Source: Diadema antillarum (taxonomy: Eukaryota). Taken from it: a stretch of 64,000 nt of DNA. Numbering within the stretch: position 1 is the first letter of the stretch; every line of letters starts with the position of its first letter. The stretch is taken from contig NW_027271029.1 of the NCBI RefSeq assembly GCF_040938485.1, forward strand, positions 868,001 through 932,000, given 5' to 3'. This document shows positions 1-12,786 of this stretch, one piece after another. The position numbers were made by a program, and so were the translations under genes. A model generated the notes under the pieces. The model worked only from the letters and a program-made list of their open reading frames with translations, made no database searches and had not been told where the DNA came from.

Positions 1-60
1 ATATCTGGCCAAAACGCTTATCAGGACGGGCGCCAGTCCGGACTGTATTGATTTGGTTAG

Positions 61-168
61 GATAGTCATACTTCAAGGCATTGTAGAAAAGCTTTAAAAA
101 GGTACTTGAAACAGCTTGACAGAAGAGAGTTACTTCAAAATCCATTCTTGAGAAGTACTGGTAGTCAG
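61..168 (+). CDS. Possible upstream coding exon of gene 1 (DSHTSRHCRKALKRYLKQLDRRELLQNPFLRSTGSQ)
   Basis: ttag| at 60/61 and CAG|gtgggt at 168/169. 108 nt, open, phase 0/0, compatible with the phase-0 acceptor at 691. The pyrimidine tract is weak. Confidence 0.3.
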
Positions 169-690
169 GTGGGTAATATGAGAGGAGTAAGATCTTGAGA
201 TCATGAAACCAAAAACTTTGACTTCACACAAGAGCGAAGGTAGGGATGTGAAAATAGGTGTATGAGCTTTGCTTCTGTAAGTGCTTTTCAATGTGAAAAT
301 TGTTGATTCTGAACGCAGATTTCATGGTGTGATTTTTTGTTTATATACATGTTACTTCTTTCATCTGCATCTAATGTTCCCTGTCATGCTAAGGCCTTCT
401 TTAATAAAGACTTGCAAGAAAGCAAATATTTATGTAGTCAACTCTGTATGAATTGACTTCATGTTATTTGAATTTCACTAAAGCCTAAGGAAATGATGAA
501 GCTCAATTATGAAAGTCGTGAGTTAATAGCATGATGAAAGTGAATTGTTGCCAAAGTCATGGCATTTTCCCCGTTCCCAATAAAATTTAACCCATGCCGA
601 CTTGTCTGTATTTTTTGCTTTGTTTTCTACATGTCTTCCAAATTGTAAATGACCGCACAACATTTATTACCTCAAACCCCTCAACCTCAG

Positions 691-826
691 ATTGCTGATG
701 CAGTTGTTGGAGCTGCGAATGGGTCACCGGAATTCAAGGGCCTGATGGACACGCCCCCATCCATGTCCATGGACCATGGGAAATCCCCCGTTCCCCTTGC
801 TGTGGAAGATCCCTTGTCCGAACTTG
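691..826 (+). CDS. Gene 1 internal exon (IADAVVGAANGSPEFKGLMDTPPSMSMDHGKSPVPLAVEDPLSEL)
   Basis: ctcag| acceptor at 690 and G|gtatgt donor at 826. The phase-1 end joins in frame to 1291 (G+AT = Asp). Confidence 0.7.
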
Positions 827-1290
827 GTATGTGGTGCTTATCATGAGGCCTTCCGTAGACATTTGATGATTGGTATTAAATGTTGGCATAGGAAGTCATT
901 TCCCTAATCTGTGGGATTTGGCTACAATAGACCTTTTTTGTGTGTTTTTGTTTTGTTTTTCTTTCTCAGTGCTGTTAGAATGTTCTCACTATCATGTTCA
1001 ACAATAAAAGAATAAGATGTGATGGAAGTCTTTGATGGTTGTTCTGTGCCTCTGATATGATTATCAACACTCAAAGGGATGAGGTTTACTTTTGTGGTTT
1101 CAAAATATATACATAAGCATCCTCTTTTACTCCATTTTTTTTTCCACATGAGAGGTTACACAAATTGCAAACTTACACTCTACTTACTGCATTCAAATTT
1201 TAAAGCGGACATTGATTACATTTATTAATTTTGCTGTTAGAAAGAATTTTGTGTGGTGATTTTCTTGTTTCACGATTTTGGTAATTTCAG

Positions 1291-3186
1291 ATCAAAGTGC
1301 CTTCGTCACAAGAGATAAGCTTTGCCATTCGCCAGTCTCAGTTTCGTCACATCACACGACACGTAGGACTCCCATGGTCACAGACTCTACCAAATTGAAT
1401 GGAGAAAGTCCAGTCACATCAAAACAAACCGAACGAGATGCCTTCATTACGAGAGACAAGCTGCGTCATTCCCCAGCCTCAGTTCTAACACAGCACACCA
1501 CACAAGGGACTTCCACTAAAGCAAACTCTGCGTTAGGTGAAGAAAGCATCATTCCCTCAAAACAGACCGAAAGGGATGCATTCATCACGAAAGACAAACT
1601 TCACCATTCCCCCGTCTCTCTCCCATCGGAGCATTTATCACAGAGGAAACCCGGGAGTGCCGGCTCCGGGTCAAGGGTGGGGCAATCAACCGACACTCCT
1701 GTGCATGACAAAATGGGCTCTCCTCTGGACACAGACGAGCAACTTCTGACAGGAATGGAGAGCCTGGTCAATGGGGACAGTGAGTCACCCGTCGGCAGCC
1801 TGATTAATTTGGGCGCGTCATCACTGGCACAAAAAGAGTTTTATGATGGGAAGCAAACTGACACACACGGCGTTGAACTGAGAGATCTCAGCTTCCGGCT
1901 TGCAGGGGGTTTAAGTCTACACCACGGGACGCCACCAGAGGGGAGACACACGCCCAATATCAATAACTCGGCTTCCCTGCTCGACACTGGGTCTCCGTTT
2001 TACTTGGACACTGACAGTTTTAATTCATCTCCACTTGGCAACATGGGTAGTGAACCATCATTTGATGGTTTAGGCAGCAACACTCCGGCAAAAGTCACCA
2101 CCCCTCTGGGGCTCATAGAGATGGACCAGCAGCTGACAGAGATATTTGGCACCAGAACGCCACAGCTCCCTGGAAGGTTGCGAGGCAGAGTTAGCAGTGC
2201 CTCACCAACTTTCATATTAAACAGAGATTCTGCAGGTAACGGTATATCACCGAGTGTTGACAGAGTGAAGGCAAACCTTGATCTTGGCTCCTCACCACTC
2301 TCAGAAGAACTGCCCAACGTTCTGCACGGAGACATGTTCAGTGGTGGCTATGAAAGCAAGGGGTCCGATGAGATCAAAGCAAAACTTCCTGTCAGGGAGA
2401 ATGTACAAAAGTCGGGCATCATGTCCTCTCGCAAGGATTCGGCACCACCCAAGAAGCATGGGAGCAATGGCTCCCAGAAATCGGTGACTTTTTCGGATCA
2501 CGTAGATGAGCACAACATCAGCTCGCGCAGCCTTGCAGATGGCTCTTTCGTTGGCGGAGAGGTCTTTGATGACGACGGGACAGCCACTCCATTGGGGATG
2601 CACTCTGCCAGTGAATCCAGCCATACGTTACCCACATCACTAACCAATGGGTCGACCACTGCACCCTCACCTTCACTGGACGGGAGCAAACTCCCCGACA
2701 CCTATGTCAGCCCCTTGCCCAATGGGAAAGTGGAGGGGAATGTCTTCAGCCTGGATGATCCCTTGGAGGACGACCAGGACTCCCTCTTGGAATCGTCAGT
2801 CAGGATAGAAGACCTCCTTGTTCACGTTTCTCCCGCCATTACACCCTCTGCCACACCCAATCTCCGTGGAAGCCGGATGTCGTCCAGCCGTCTTTCGGCT
2901 GCCTCCCCTGGTTCCGCCTCCAGGTCAGCCTCCAAGCCCACCTATCTCCTCTCCCCACATCTGAACGATAGCTTGGGGCTATCACTCCCTGCGGACACCT
3001 CTGGTCTCTCTCTGGACAACGAGGGCCTCCTTTCCATGCATGATGCATCCATCTTAAAGGACAGATCAAACTCTCAGCTTATCACACCAGACAGGAAAGC
3101 TACACCAAATTTGAAGTCTTCGCAGCTTTTAAAGCCACACAGCATTCAGAACTCGCCTAAATCGGCACTGGATTTCGACATATTAG
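1291..3186 (+). CDS. Gene 1 large 1896-nt exon; Ser/Thr/Pro-rich, probably disordered protein of unidentified family
   Basis: Lies within the 647-aa ORF. tttcag| acceptor at 1290, TTAG|gtgaga donor at 3186, phase 1/1. Many SP/TP sites; no folded domain recognised. Confidence 0.85.
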
Positions 3187-3867
3187 GTGAGATGCTGCAA
3201 TATCTTATTTTCCAGAAGTGACCTCTGTGTGAGAGGTTGTTTTTTTTTTTTTCACACAGTACTAACAAACATGTTGCCACTCACAATAGGCACTGCAGTA
3301 CTTTAATCATATGGAATGAAGAATGCTGACATTGACTTAAAGAAAAAAAAAAGAGAAATTAGGCATTGAAAATATCCCCAAATTGCAGACATCTTGATTT
3401 TTGCTTATAGAGCAAGGATTAAAATGTATCAGCATTCTTGTAGTGAACATATTTGTATGTAAGAGTATTGAACATGGTTGAACATGTTATCAAATGAGGA
3501 GCTTTTTGGTAATATGTATAAACTGAACATCAGAACAATCTATTTAATCCACACCTATTGTAAAGAAAAGACAGTTTTTCCTGTTCAAGGCAATTTAATA
3601 TTCTGTTTTCAAGTCAGTATTCGCATTAAGTGTTTCATAGCAGTCCTTCGGGCACGAGATTGATCTATGAAAAATTCCAAGTACAGTTGCGCTGTATATT
3701 ACTCAAAATTACATTCTTTGTCAATTTAAATCATATCGAGCCCAGGAATTAAATGGAAAATGAGACAGCACAATTTGTGAAGGCACAGTAGCATATCATT
3801 TATTTATCCACTCATTTTTGGTTTGTTTTCCTTTTTCTATCTCTTTTTCCCTCAAACATTGTGACAG

Positions 3868-3965
3868 ATGAAGACGAGTCTGTTCTTCTTCCTTCCTCTC
3901 CCTACGGACAGTCACCGCTGGCTAACCCACCGACAGCAGCATTGGGGCAGCTGATAGACTTCTAG
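3868..3965 (+). CDS. Gene 1 terminal coding exon (DEDESVLLPSSPYGQSPLANPPTAALGQLIDF*)
   Basis: Pyrimidine tract plus gacag| at 3867. In frame with the phase-1 donor at 3186. TAG at 3963-3965. Confidence 0.8.
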
Positions 3966-3983
3966 TTTGTTGCCCCATCACTC

Positions 3984-3984
3984 G

Positions 3985-4015
<31 letters not shown>

Positions 4016-4070
4016 TTGTGTGTGCATATGCCTGTCTTGTTGGTTTTGTGGGTGTCTGTGTGTGTTTTGT
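3984..4070. repeat. (GT)n microsatellite at the start of the gene 1 3' UTR
   Basis: Imperfect GT run starting just after the stop codon. Confidence 0.9.
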
Positions 4071-4822
4071 GCATGTCATAACTTCTCCTTGCGCAATACA
4101 CTAGTAGTCTACAAGTTCTTTGAGCAAATGCTCTCTCATGTATTTTTTTAGATAGTGCTGTGGCTGCTTTCTTTTTCCCTTCTGTATCTAAGAGGGAAAC
4201 AACCCAATGTGGTGTAGAGACAAGATATATATAACATGTATAGTATATGAAATAAGTTTTTTAATGAATGTTACACAAAAATCCATCTATCTAAAGATAG
4301 ACTGTACATACTTTATGCTTTGCTTTGTAATAATGATGAATAAGGTGCCATGTGTTTGTTAATGTTATGTTTTTTAAATCACGATGAATTTTGACTGCCT
4401 TTGTATGTTGGGCCAGCCAGAAGCAAACCATGCAAGGCGTGATTAAAGGTTGTTGTGAAAGTTGTACGGTGGCAACTCTGCCTGAAACTGAAAGTGGTAC
4501 AAAATGATCTGTTCCAGCAATTGATGAGCCAGTGTGAACATGTAGTAAATTGACAGAAAAGTGAAAGTGCCACATGTGCAGAGGAAAACACATAGTATCA
4601 GATTTCTTTTGTGAAAATCAAAGAATGATCAAAGTTTCCCCAACTCTGCTGGAGGCTTCCTAAAACTTTGATATCTCTTCATGTTTTGATAGGAGAACTT
4701 AAATATCTCTCCCATTTAGGAATAATTCCTACTCACTGGGATGCACAGAACATGCGAATTTCTTCTCTTTAGATTTCTCCTGATTTTGATGGGCGAGTGT
4801 TGGCAGCCCTGTGAGCGTGTAA

Positions 4823-5012
4823 TACAGTGGACTGCCGTTATAACAAAGTCCTCGGGACCGGCAGTTTTCTTTCGTCATATCGAAATTTCTTTATAACCAA
4901 ACAGATAAACAATAAAAACATAGGGAGTGGATAATGTTGCGGCCTGAATTTTTACTTCGTTGTAACCGGAATTTCGTTATAACGTTGTTCGTTATGATGG
5001 GAGTGCGCTGTA
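4823..5012. mobile_element. TA-flanked MITE (Tc1/mariner-pogo-like termini CAGTG...CTG)
   Basis: ta|cagtggactgccgttataac at the left and gttatgatgggagtgcgctg|ta at the right; imperfect TIRs. Confidence 0.75.
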
Positions 5013-5090
5013 CATGCATGTTTCTTCAGAAGCAAGAGAGGGGTCTAAACAACATCAAATGTTGACAAGACAGTTGTTTAGAAGAGGCAG

Positions 5091-5280
5091 TACAGTGCAC
5101 TCCTGTTATATCGAACACGGATATAACAAAATGCTCATTACAACGAAGTAAAAATTGTGGTCAAAAGATTATCATCTATGCACATTTACATACTTAACTT
5201 TTGGGCTATAATAAAAATTTGATATAAATAAAGAAAACCGCTGGTCCTGAAGACTTTGTTAGAACGGAAGTGCACTCTAT
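5091..5280. mobile_element. Degenerate MITE of the same CAGTGCACTCC family
   Basis: tacagtgcactcctgtta ... aacggaagtgcactcta. Confidence 0.7.
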
Positions 5281-6500
5281 TATTGATGTTCAGGGGGTTT
5301 TGACTCCTATGTCACTTGTGGAAAGTGTGTCTCGTGCCATTTTTCAGGCACAGGGAATTCTTAAAAGTCGTCAACCATACGGATGAGGTCATCAGCCAGT
5401 GGCTGTGATTTCTGTTACATGTAATACTGAAAATCTGCCATGTCTGAATGATGTCTGCATTAAAAAAAAGAAGAAAAAAAATTGGATTCAAAAAAAATTT
5501 AATGATACATTTTTCCAAACTTAAAGAGGAGCAGTTACGTGGGGGAAAAATATCATGAAAGTTACAGAAAAGTTGTTGCTTTTGCTGAAATCTTGTCTAT
5601 TTGTAAGACCTGAAATTACTTCTCTGTTTATTTCCATCGCTATACAAATTGTAATACACCTATAGTTTTCATCTTTTAATGCCACACCCCCAAGCTAATG
5701 TATGACATTGCTGAACTAAGTCCTTAATTTATGAATTTTCTGAAAAGTTAATGAGCATGTTCTGGAGTATATTTTTATAGTTGTGCAGGAATCTGTCTCA
5801 CACTCAAAGATTTGCCTGTGGTAAAGTTGGATGCTCTCTGAAATACTCAGATGTTGAAAATGTGACAAAACTGCGGTCCATCTATTTAACAGAGAGATAA
5901 GGCCCTTTACCAGTATGTGAGAAGACACAAAGAAAAAGCCTTCAAAGTGCAAGTGCCTCAAATACAGTAGCATGAAGTGCCTTACAGTTATGTGCATTCA
6001 TTAAGAATGACAATACATGTAAAGATGTGAGGGAAAATGCACAGTACTTGCTCTTGCATACTTACACTTACAAAGAAATAGAAGCTTTCTGATATTGTAT
6101 ACATGTATTAAAACATTTGCATCAGTGTTTAATATCTGAAATAAGTGCCTTAATTCAACGACTATGCATACAGTTTGAATTTTTTCCATCTTAGCAGCTG
6201 TAGTTATGCTTTAAACTATGCATAGTGTCATTGATAAGTCCGCCTTTGTGGGGTAGAACAAAAGTTCTGAGTTTTTCAGTGCACTTATTCAAATTTCACT
6301 GAATTCAACTTGCAGAGTGTGCATGCATGCATTAATGGCATACAAATTGTATTTTGTGCTACAGTAGAAATTTAGCGCTCCCATATTTTTTTTTCTTTTC
6401 AAATGATTGTGTCATAGGTTCACTGGAGCTCAAGTATTAACAACCACTGTGTTTTGTCTCATAATTTCTGGGGGGATAAAATGAATCAAGCAATAACATA

Positions 6501-6704
6501 TACTGTAAAAGTGGATATTTTCATGAAAATTTTCGCTCTTAGCCCGATGACATGAATTTTACATTTTTAGATTCCGCAGAATCAAGTTCAATAGTGGTGC
6601 ATATAACAAGCAAAAATATTTGCGTGCATTTAGTTTCCCGCTACTTTCTGTTCACGCGAAATGCGTGAATATTTCCACACCACAAAATCTCCACTTTTGC
6701 AGTA
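6501..6704. mobile_element. MITE with 21-bp TIR
   Basis: tactgtaaaagtggatatttt and aaaatctccacttttgcagta (2 mismatches). Confidence 0.75.
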
Positions 6705-6922
6705 TGTTAAATGAATGACTTGGGAATGCCCCCCAAATTTCACTAACAGAGCTGGTTGATTATGTAATCACCATGACATCATCATCATGAGGGGGTACAT
6801 TATATTTGTTCATGCTTGGTGAGCTCAATGGACTTATAGTCTACTCAGCATTTGCATTGCTGGGAATGGTGTGAATAAAGCGAACATTTTAGCAGCCGCT
6901 TTTTCCTGGGTATCATGTTTGG

Positions 6923-8010
6923 TTTTTGTTGAGCCCACCGGAGGTGCAAGCCAAAAAGGAGACTTAGGGATTGCCTGTGGCGTCTGTCCGTCCGTCTTTT
7001 GTCTGTAACGCTACAAGAACTTGAATAACTCTCTACTGAGGACTTCAATTTCAATCAAACTTGGAGAGAAGAGTGGTTATACAAAGTTACCAAGGTAAAC
7101 ATTTTACCAAACAAGAAGGTCACCTCAAGGTCAAAGGTCACCGGAAGTGGTCAATGAACTTTAGGGCCCAATATGAAGTTTTTACAGCACGTTTCGAATA
7201 TGGCTCATAACTTTTGATGTATACATCCGTTTGTGACCAAACTTGGATGGTAGATGTCCCTTGGAGATTTGAAGGTCACCACAAGGTCAAAGGTCACGGA
7301 CAGGGGTCAACAAACTTTTAGAGCCCAATGTTAAGTTTTTACGGCACGTTTTGATTATGGCTCAAAACTTGATCCATATGTCTGTTTGTGACCAAACTTG
7401 GATGGTAAATTTCCCTTGGGGAGTTGAAGGTCACCATAAGGTCAAAGGTCACAGGCAGGGGTCAACCAATTTTTAGGGCCCAATTTAATTTTTTGCGGCG
7501 CGTTTTGATTATGGCCCAGAACTTTTGATTCATATGTCTGTTTGTGACCAAACTTGGATGGTAAATGTCCCTTGGGGAGTTGAAGGTCACCATAAGGTCA
7601 AAGGTCACAGGCAGGGGTCAACCAATTTTTAGGGCCCAATTTAATTTTTTGCGGCGCGTTTTGATTATGGCCCAGAACTTTTGATTCATATGTCTGTTTG
7701 TGACCAAACTTGGATGGTAAATGTCCCTTGGGGAGTTGAAGGTCACCATAAGGTCAAAGGTCACAGGCAGGGGTCAACCAATTTTTAGGGCCCAATTTAA
7801 TTTTTTGCGGCGCGTTTTGATTATGGCCCAGAACTTTTGATTCATATGTCCCGTTTGTGATTAAACTTGGCTGGTAAATGTCTCTTGGGGAATTGAAGGT
7901 CACCATAAGGCCAAAGGTCACAGACGGGATCATTGAGCTTCTGGGAGTTAGAAAAACAATTTCTTCTACGTGAATGGGCGAGACACATTTTTGCACTTGC
8001 CTTGTTTCTT
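6923..8010 (+). mobile_element. Helentron-associated (HINE/pearl-like) non-autonomous element with internal 156-bp tandem array
   Basis: T-rich start, (gtcc)-type microsatellite near the 5' end, gaaggtcacc units at 7115, 7271, 7426, 7582, 7738 and 7895, and a 3' gcacttgc palindrome before a T-run. Same head and tail as the copy at 62196-63220. Confidence 0.7.
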
Positions 8011-8432
8011 TTTCAGTGGTGGGGCTTAGTGCTGGGAAAGGTAAGCAGTCTTCCTAAAGAGTCAGGGTATGTCGACACCATCTGAAGCAAGTCTTTACAG
8101 AATAACAAAAATATGATTGAACCACAGTGGCAAGGGCTTTCACTCACACATACATGTACACGTATTATGATGCATTGTGGCTGAATTACAAAGAACTTCT
8201 AATTGGACACTTTCTTGCTGCAAGTTCTAATTTTGTGCTGTTTTCGATGAAGTGATTAGATTATATCATGTACAATTAGTCAAGTACCTGGTACCATACC
8301 ACTGGTATTTCTCTTTTATTTTCATTTTTGCTTTTTTTTTTTTGGTAGTCAATACTTAGACAAGTTAAGCATACACTGTTATTGCATGGTGAGTGCACAT
8401 TGATTTGTAGGTTTTTTATCAGAAGCAAGTCA

Positions 8433-8526
8433 ATATCGTTGGTTGAGAATGGTAAGGGCGTTAAGTTGCCACTAAACCCAGTGTTCAAGACAACTTAACG
8501 CCCTTCTCATTCTCAGCAGATGATAT
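8433..8526 (+). ncRNA. Candidate pri-miRNA-like hairpin (alternatively a tiny palindromic TE relic)
   Basis: Arms 8433-8468 and 8491-8526 give a 36-bp stem with 30 Watson-Crick pairs, 4 G-U pairs and 2 mismatches; 22-nt loop. Confidence 0.3.
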
Positions 8527-8533
8527 GCAAGTT

Positions 8534-9063
8534 CAGTGCACTCCCGTTACAACGAACATGGTTATAACGAAATTTCGTTATAACGAAGTAAATCTTCTGC
8601 TCCCAAAATTATCACCATTAAAGTCTATGGTACAAAATTCGCTTATAACGAACACGGTTATAGCGAAATTTCCGTTATAACAAAGTCTTTTCCGAGCACC
8701 ACAGACAAAGAAAAACAAAAGAAATGTGTTCCGTTATAACGAAATGCGAATTGCTTTCGAAAATACATAGCGGCACAAGCATTTATAGTGTCTCTGCATG
8801 GGTGAACGATTCACATCACTCCGTGTGTTTGCTCCTTGTGTCACGCACAGTTTCTGAGGGGACCTTGCGTTTATTATTGTAATACAGTAACTTATTCCAT
8901 CACATTTCACATAGCTTTCCAATGTATGATGAGTATTTAGCAAACAGAATATGTGGTTTCCTTGTTTTCGTTATATATTGTATTTGCTCGGTTATAACGA
9001 AATTTCGTTATAACGAAAGAAAACTGCCGGTCCCAAGCATTTCGTTATAACGGGAGCGCACTG
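8534..9063. mobile_element. 530-bp MITE, CAGTGCACTCCCGTT family
   Basis: cagtgcactcccgttacaacgaa and ttcgttataacgggagcgcactg|ta TIRs; repeated CGTTATAACG palindromes. Confidence 0.85.
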
Positions 9064-12000
9064 TATCCAATATGGAGCTACGTCATGATTTCTGCTAGAT
9101 TTATTGCATTTTTAACAAAGATTATAATTATCTATGACATACAGTACATATTTCTTTCTCTTCCTTTTCTACTAAGAAATTAGAATACAAATTGTAGTTA
9201 CAAAATTTATAAAGATTGAATTACCTGTCATTATAGCAGCTATCCATAAAACCTGGGCTCATACAAAATGTCATGTCTTTTTTTAAATTATTGCACACAC
9301 AGTATTATCAGTTCAGTGTTTTGATCCCTCTTTTTGGTTTTCCCATACAGGTGTTGCTGTAAATCTTGCTATTCTGTCTTATGTAGAGAAATTTGTAAAA
9401 TTGGATATTTGTGTAAGATTAAAGCTTGGACAACTGGACAAGTTCATCTTCAGTCTGTCCAACCTTTATTGCATAAAAATGTATTGGAAAGACTTTGTGG
9501 ACTTGGATAATATACATGTACACGTGTTGATGCATTTAAAGTCTATTTAACCATGAACTGATATGTTGCTCAGATCTTGTGCAAGATTAGATATTGCATG
9601 CCAGATTTTTTTCTTATCTTTTCCTTCGTTTTTTTTTTTCGCCCTTACCATGTGTCCTTAGGACACTTTCATGCCAGTAAATAAAAGAATGCGTGCAAAT
9701 TTATTTTGGTGTGTGTTTTTTTTATGAAAGTGTATAATTTGATGTCCAAGTTATCATACTGAAGAAACACACCACAGTGGGAAAAAAAAGGGGAGTGGGG
9801 AAAGGTATACTAGTGAATTTTATGTTGATGTTGAATTCATTCATGGTGAAAAAGTGATAATCATTTGAATGTTTGTATATCAACTGCGATACTATACTGT
9901 ATGGACACGTAAAATGGCAAACTTGTTTATGTTAGAGTAACAGAAATGCCCTTTTAAAAAAAAAAGACAAAATAGAAAATAGCATATTGCCTTCAACACT
10001 TGGGTGGTGACGTGAAAAAATGCACATGATACTGCAAAGCAAGATATTTTTGCAGAGTGAAATTTTTGCGAATTGCCACTGGCATTCAGTGCATATAGTG
10101 TAGACAGGAACCTTAACATGCATACACTGTATTTTAATTTTGGGAATTTTGGCTCTTGCACAATTAAAATACACACAATCATTTCTTTTAACAGTGCTCA
10201 GCTCAGATGGAGGAAGAAATCTACTCTGTCTTTATGACCATATAAGAACAACACCTTCTCAATACTGTACCTCGTGGCAGGTCATAAACCATTTCTTTCA
10301 AGGAAATTGCAAATACAATAGTATACTGTATATTGTATAACATGAAACCTTTTATGTGCATGTACTTTGCAACTCTGCTATTAAGTAACACAATAGTTAT
10401 CTAGTTCTGTTTAGACATCACACATTGGAAAGCACTAGTGGTAAGATATGTACATTTTGAACACTACCCGCTTGGTTGATTAAAGTAAGTGTGGTTACAA
10501 TGTTGCTTTGGTTCTGGAAAGGACACATAACAGTAATAATATCTATCTATGCAGCGTGTATTTTTGAAATATGGACAAGGCCTGACTGTTTTTCATAGTG
10601 GACAGAGTGCAAATGCAACATGCAACATTCAAAGTGTACTTGAATACAGTACTACAGTGTCTTTCCTTTCCAATGCTATTCTATGATTCTTTTTTCTTCT
10701 TTTTAAGGGCTGTATAAAATTTGAGAGATTGAAGTGCATTTCAATACAAAGGACCTTTTTAGTGAATTGGGCAATCCAAGTAGGTTAATGCATCATACCT
10801 CTCACACATGTAGAACAAGATAGTAAAACATGCAGATGTGATATATGGCACGCACAAACCAGAAAAAGACAAGTTTTGGAGTTGTGGGCAATGGGAACAA
10901 CGTTCTGTCAGTACATGTACTTTGACGACCAATAGTGAAATCTTCCCCCCCCCCCCCCCTTCATAAACAGTAAGTTCACAGATCCGCCATATTCATTAAT
11001 CCTACCTCAAAGACAATACAACAAAACTTTGTAAGGTTGTCTTCATAACTTGCCCATAATGTACATGTATGTGGCATGTAAACATTTGGTATATGAGGAT
11101 ACAAGGGTACATTTCATCTGTGCCAGTCACCTTGTAAAGACAACGAAAGCTACAATATAACAAGAGGGCAGATTACAATACAGAAAGGCTGTCAGTGGAA
11201 TAATGGGCCCTGTGAACTTTCACATCTTATGGAAAAATGTCCATTTGGAAATTGAATCTGGTTGTTTAAACTTGACACTGTGTTACATGGACTAAAAAAA
11301 AAAAGAAATTCTTACTGCTAATCAACCTGAAAGACAGATGTAACTGCAATTCCACTTCCATATTTTCAAGTTAACTTTGATATGTGAAGTCACACAAACT
11401 GAATTGTAAGAGTTTCAATGAAAAGCAGACATACTGATAACATCTAAGTGTTACACAACTTTCAAATTTCATTCTTTTCAAAGAAACCATGAAAGTGTTC
11501 CCAACCACGTATGCAGATTACAGGAGGTCCACTAATCAAGTACACTGAGTGCAAGTTCTAACAAACAGCTCCACCAGCGGACACATTTTCTTACATGTCC
11601 TGCCAAAGCTAGTTTCCATTTACAGACAAAAACAATATTATGTGCCTCATTATAAAGATCACAAAATCTTGGTATTTGAGTCTCCAACCCCAAAGAACAA
11701 TTAGAACAATTATGGTTAGTTGTATTGTAATAAGTTTTGGTGGAAACATGAGCAAAGATAATGGCATTCCATCGGAATAAGGTTTGGTGAACTTTGAACT
11801 AGAGTACCACAATTTGTTATTTACACCGATTACCATGTTTTCCCTCTTTGAAACATGACTATATTTGCAGAAAGATAGTTTATGGTATGATACAACACAT
11901 CAACACTATGTAAAACTTGACCAAAAAATTGGAAGAGGGACAAGGTTTACATTTGTATTAAGAAAACCTTAGTATCAACAAACTGCCAGTCCTTCATGCA

Positions 12001-12786
12001 CACACATACCAAGGAAATATCTGTAGTATATACTATAAATCCACATCTGTCATAAACATAACATTTAGCTTCTTTCTTCTTCTTTTGAGCATGTTCATGG
12101 AAACAAAAGGAATCTGAATGCATTTTGGTGTTCAATATTTCAGTTTTGTACAAATGGATGGAATTTAATCTTACTTGAACTAGCCAAATGGTAAGGTAAC
12201 ATGCCATTGTAATACACAATTACTAGGCTATATCTTTTTCTTTTTCTTTCTAAATTGCAAGTTTAAAAGTATCGTTTCATGCTTCTGACTTAGCCATGAA
12301 AACTAAGCTTCAAGAGTAATTGTAAAGGAAATACCAGGTTTACAATGATTAGTAATTTTTATCATCAACATTTTTACAAACATCACACTCACATTCTTGT
12401 TAAATCATTACGATCCTAAGTCAAGTTAACTATCTTGACCTACATGATGTAAAAAACGGGTAATACAATGTACTTGTAGTTTACTACAAAAGTGCTGGTA
12501 CAAATGGAAATTGATACAAAATTCTGGAATACAATTTTCAGTAACTGTACAGGAACAACATAACTTTAGAAAGCATTTCACCTTTGCTGGATCAGCATAT
12601 CGTAAGTTGAATGGCTATGTCATCACAGTGAGGTATAGTCCAGAAGGATAAAGGCTGTTGATCAGCTGGCTTAGAGTGACTACATCAGCAGCATTACATT
12701 GGAGATCAGTTTGCTGGGAAAGGTATTAGCTGGTGTGTTTACGAGGGCGACCATGTCACAACTGAGCTCCGAAGATGCTTGCGACC

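Noticed and set aside
1537-3069. Antisense and alternate-frame ORFs within the large gene 1 exon
   Set aside because: Shadows of GC-richer coding sequence; no splice or motif support.
7115-7925. CRISPR-like periodicity (also 22861-24497)
   Set aside because: Whole units repeat with no unique spacers, units are 156/273 bp, there are no cas genes, and the context is eukaryotic.
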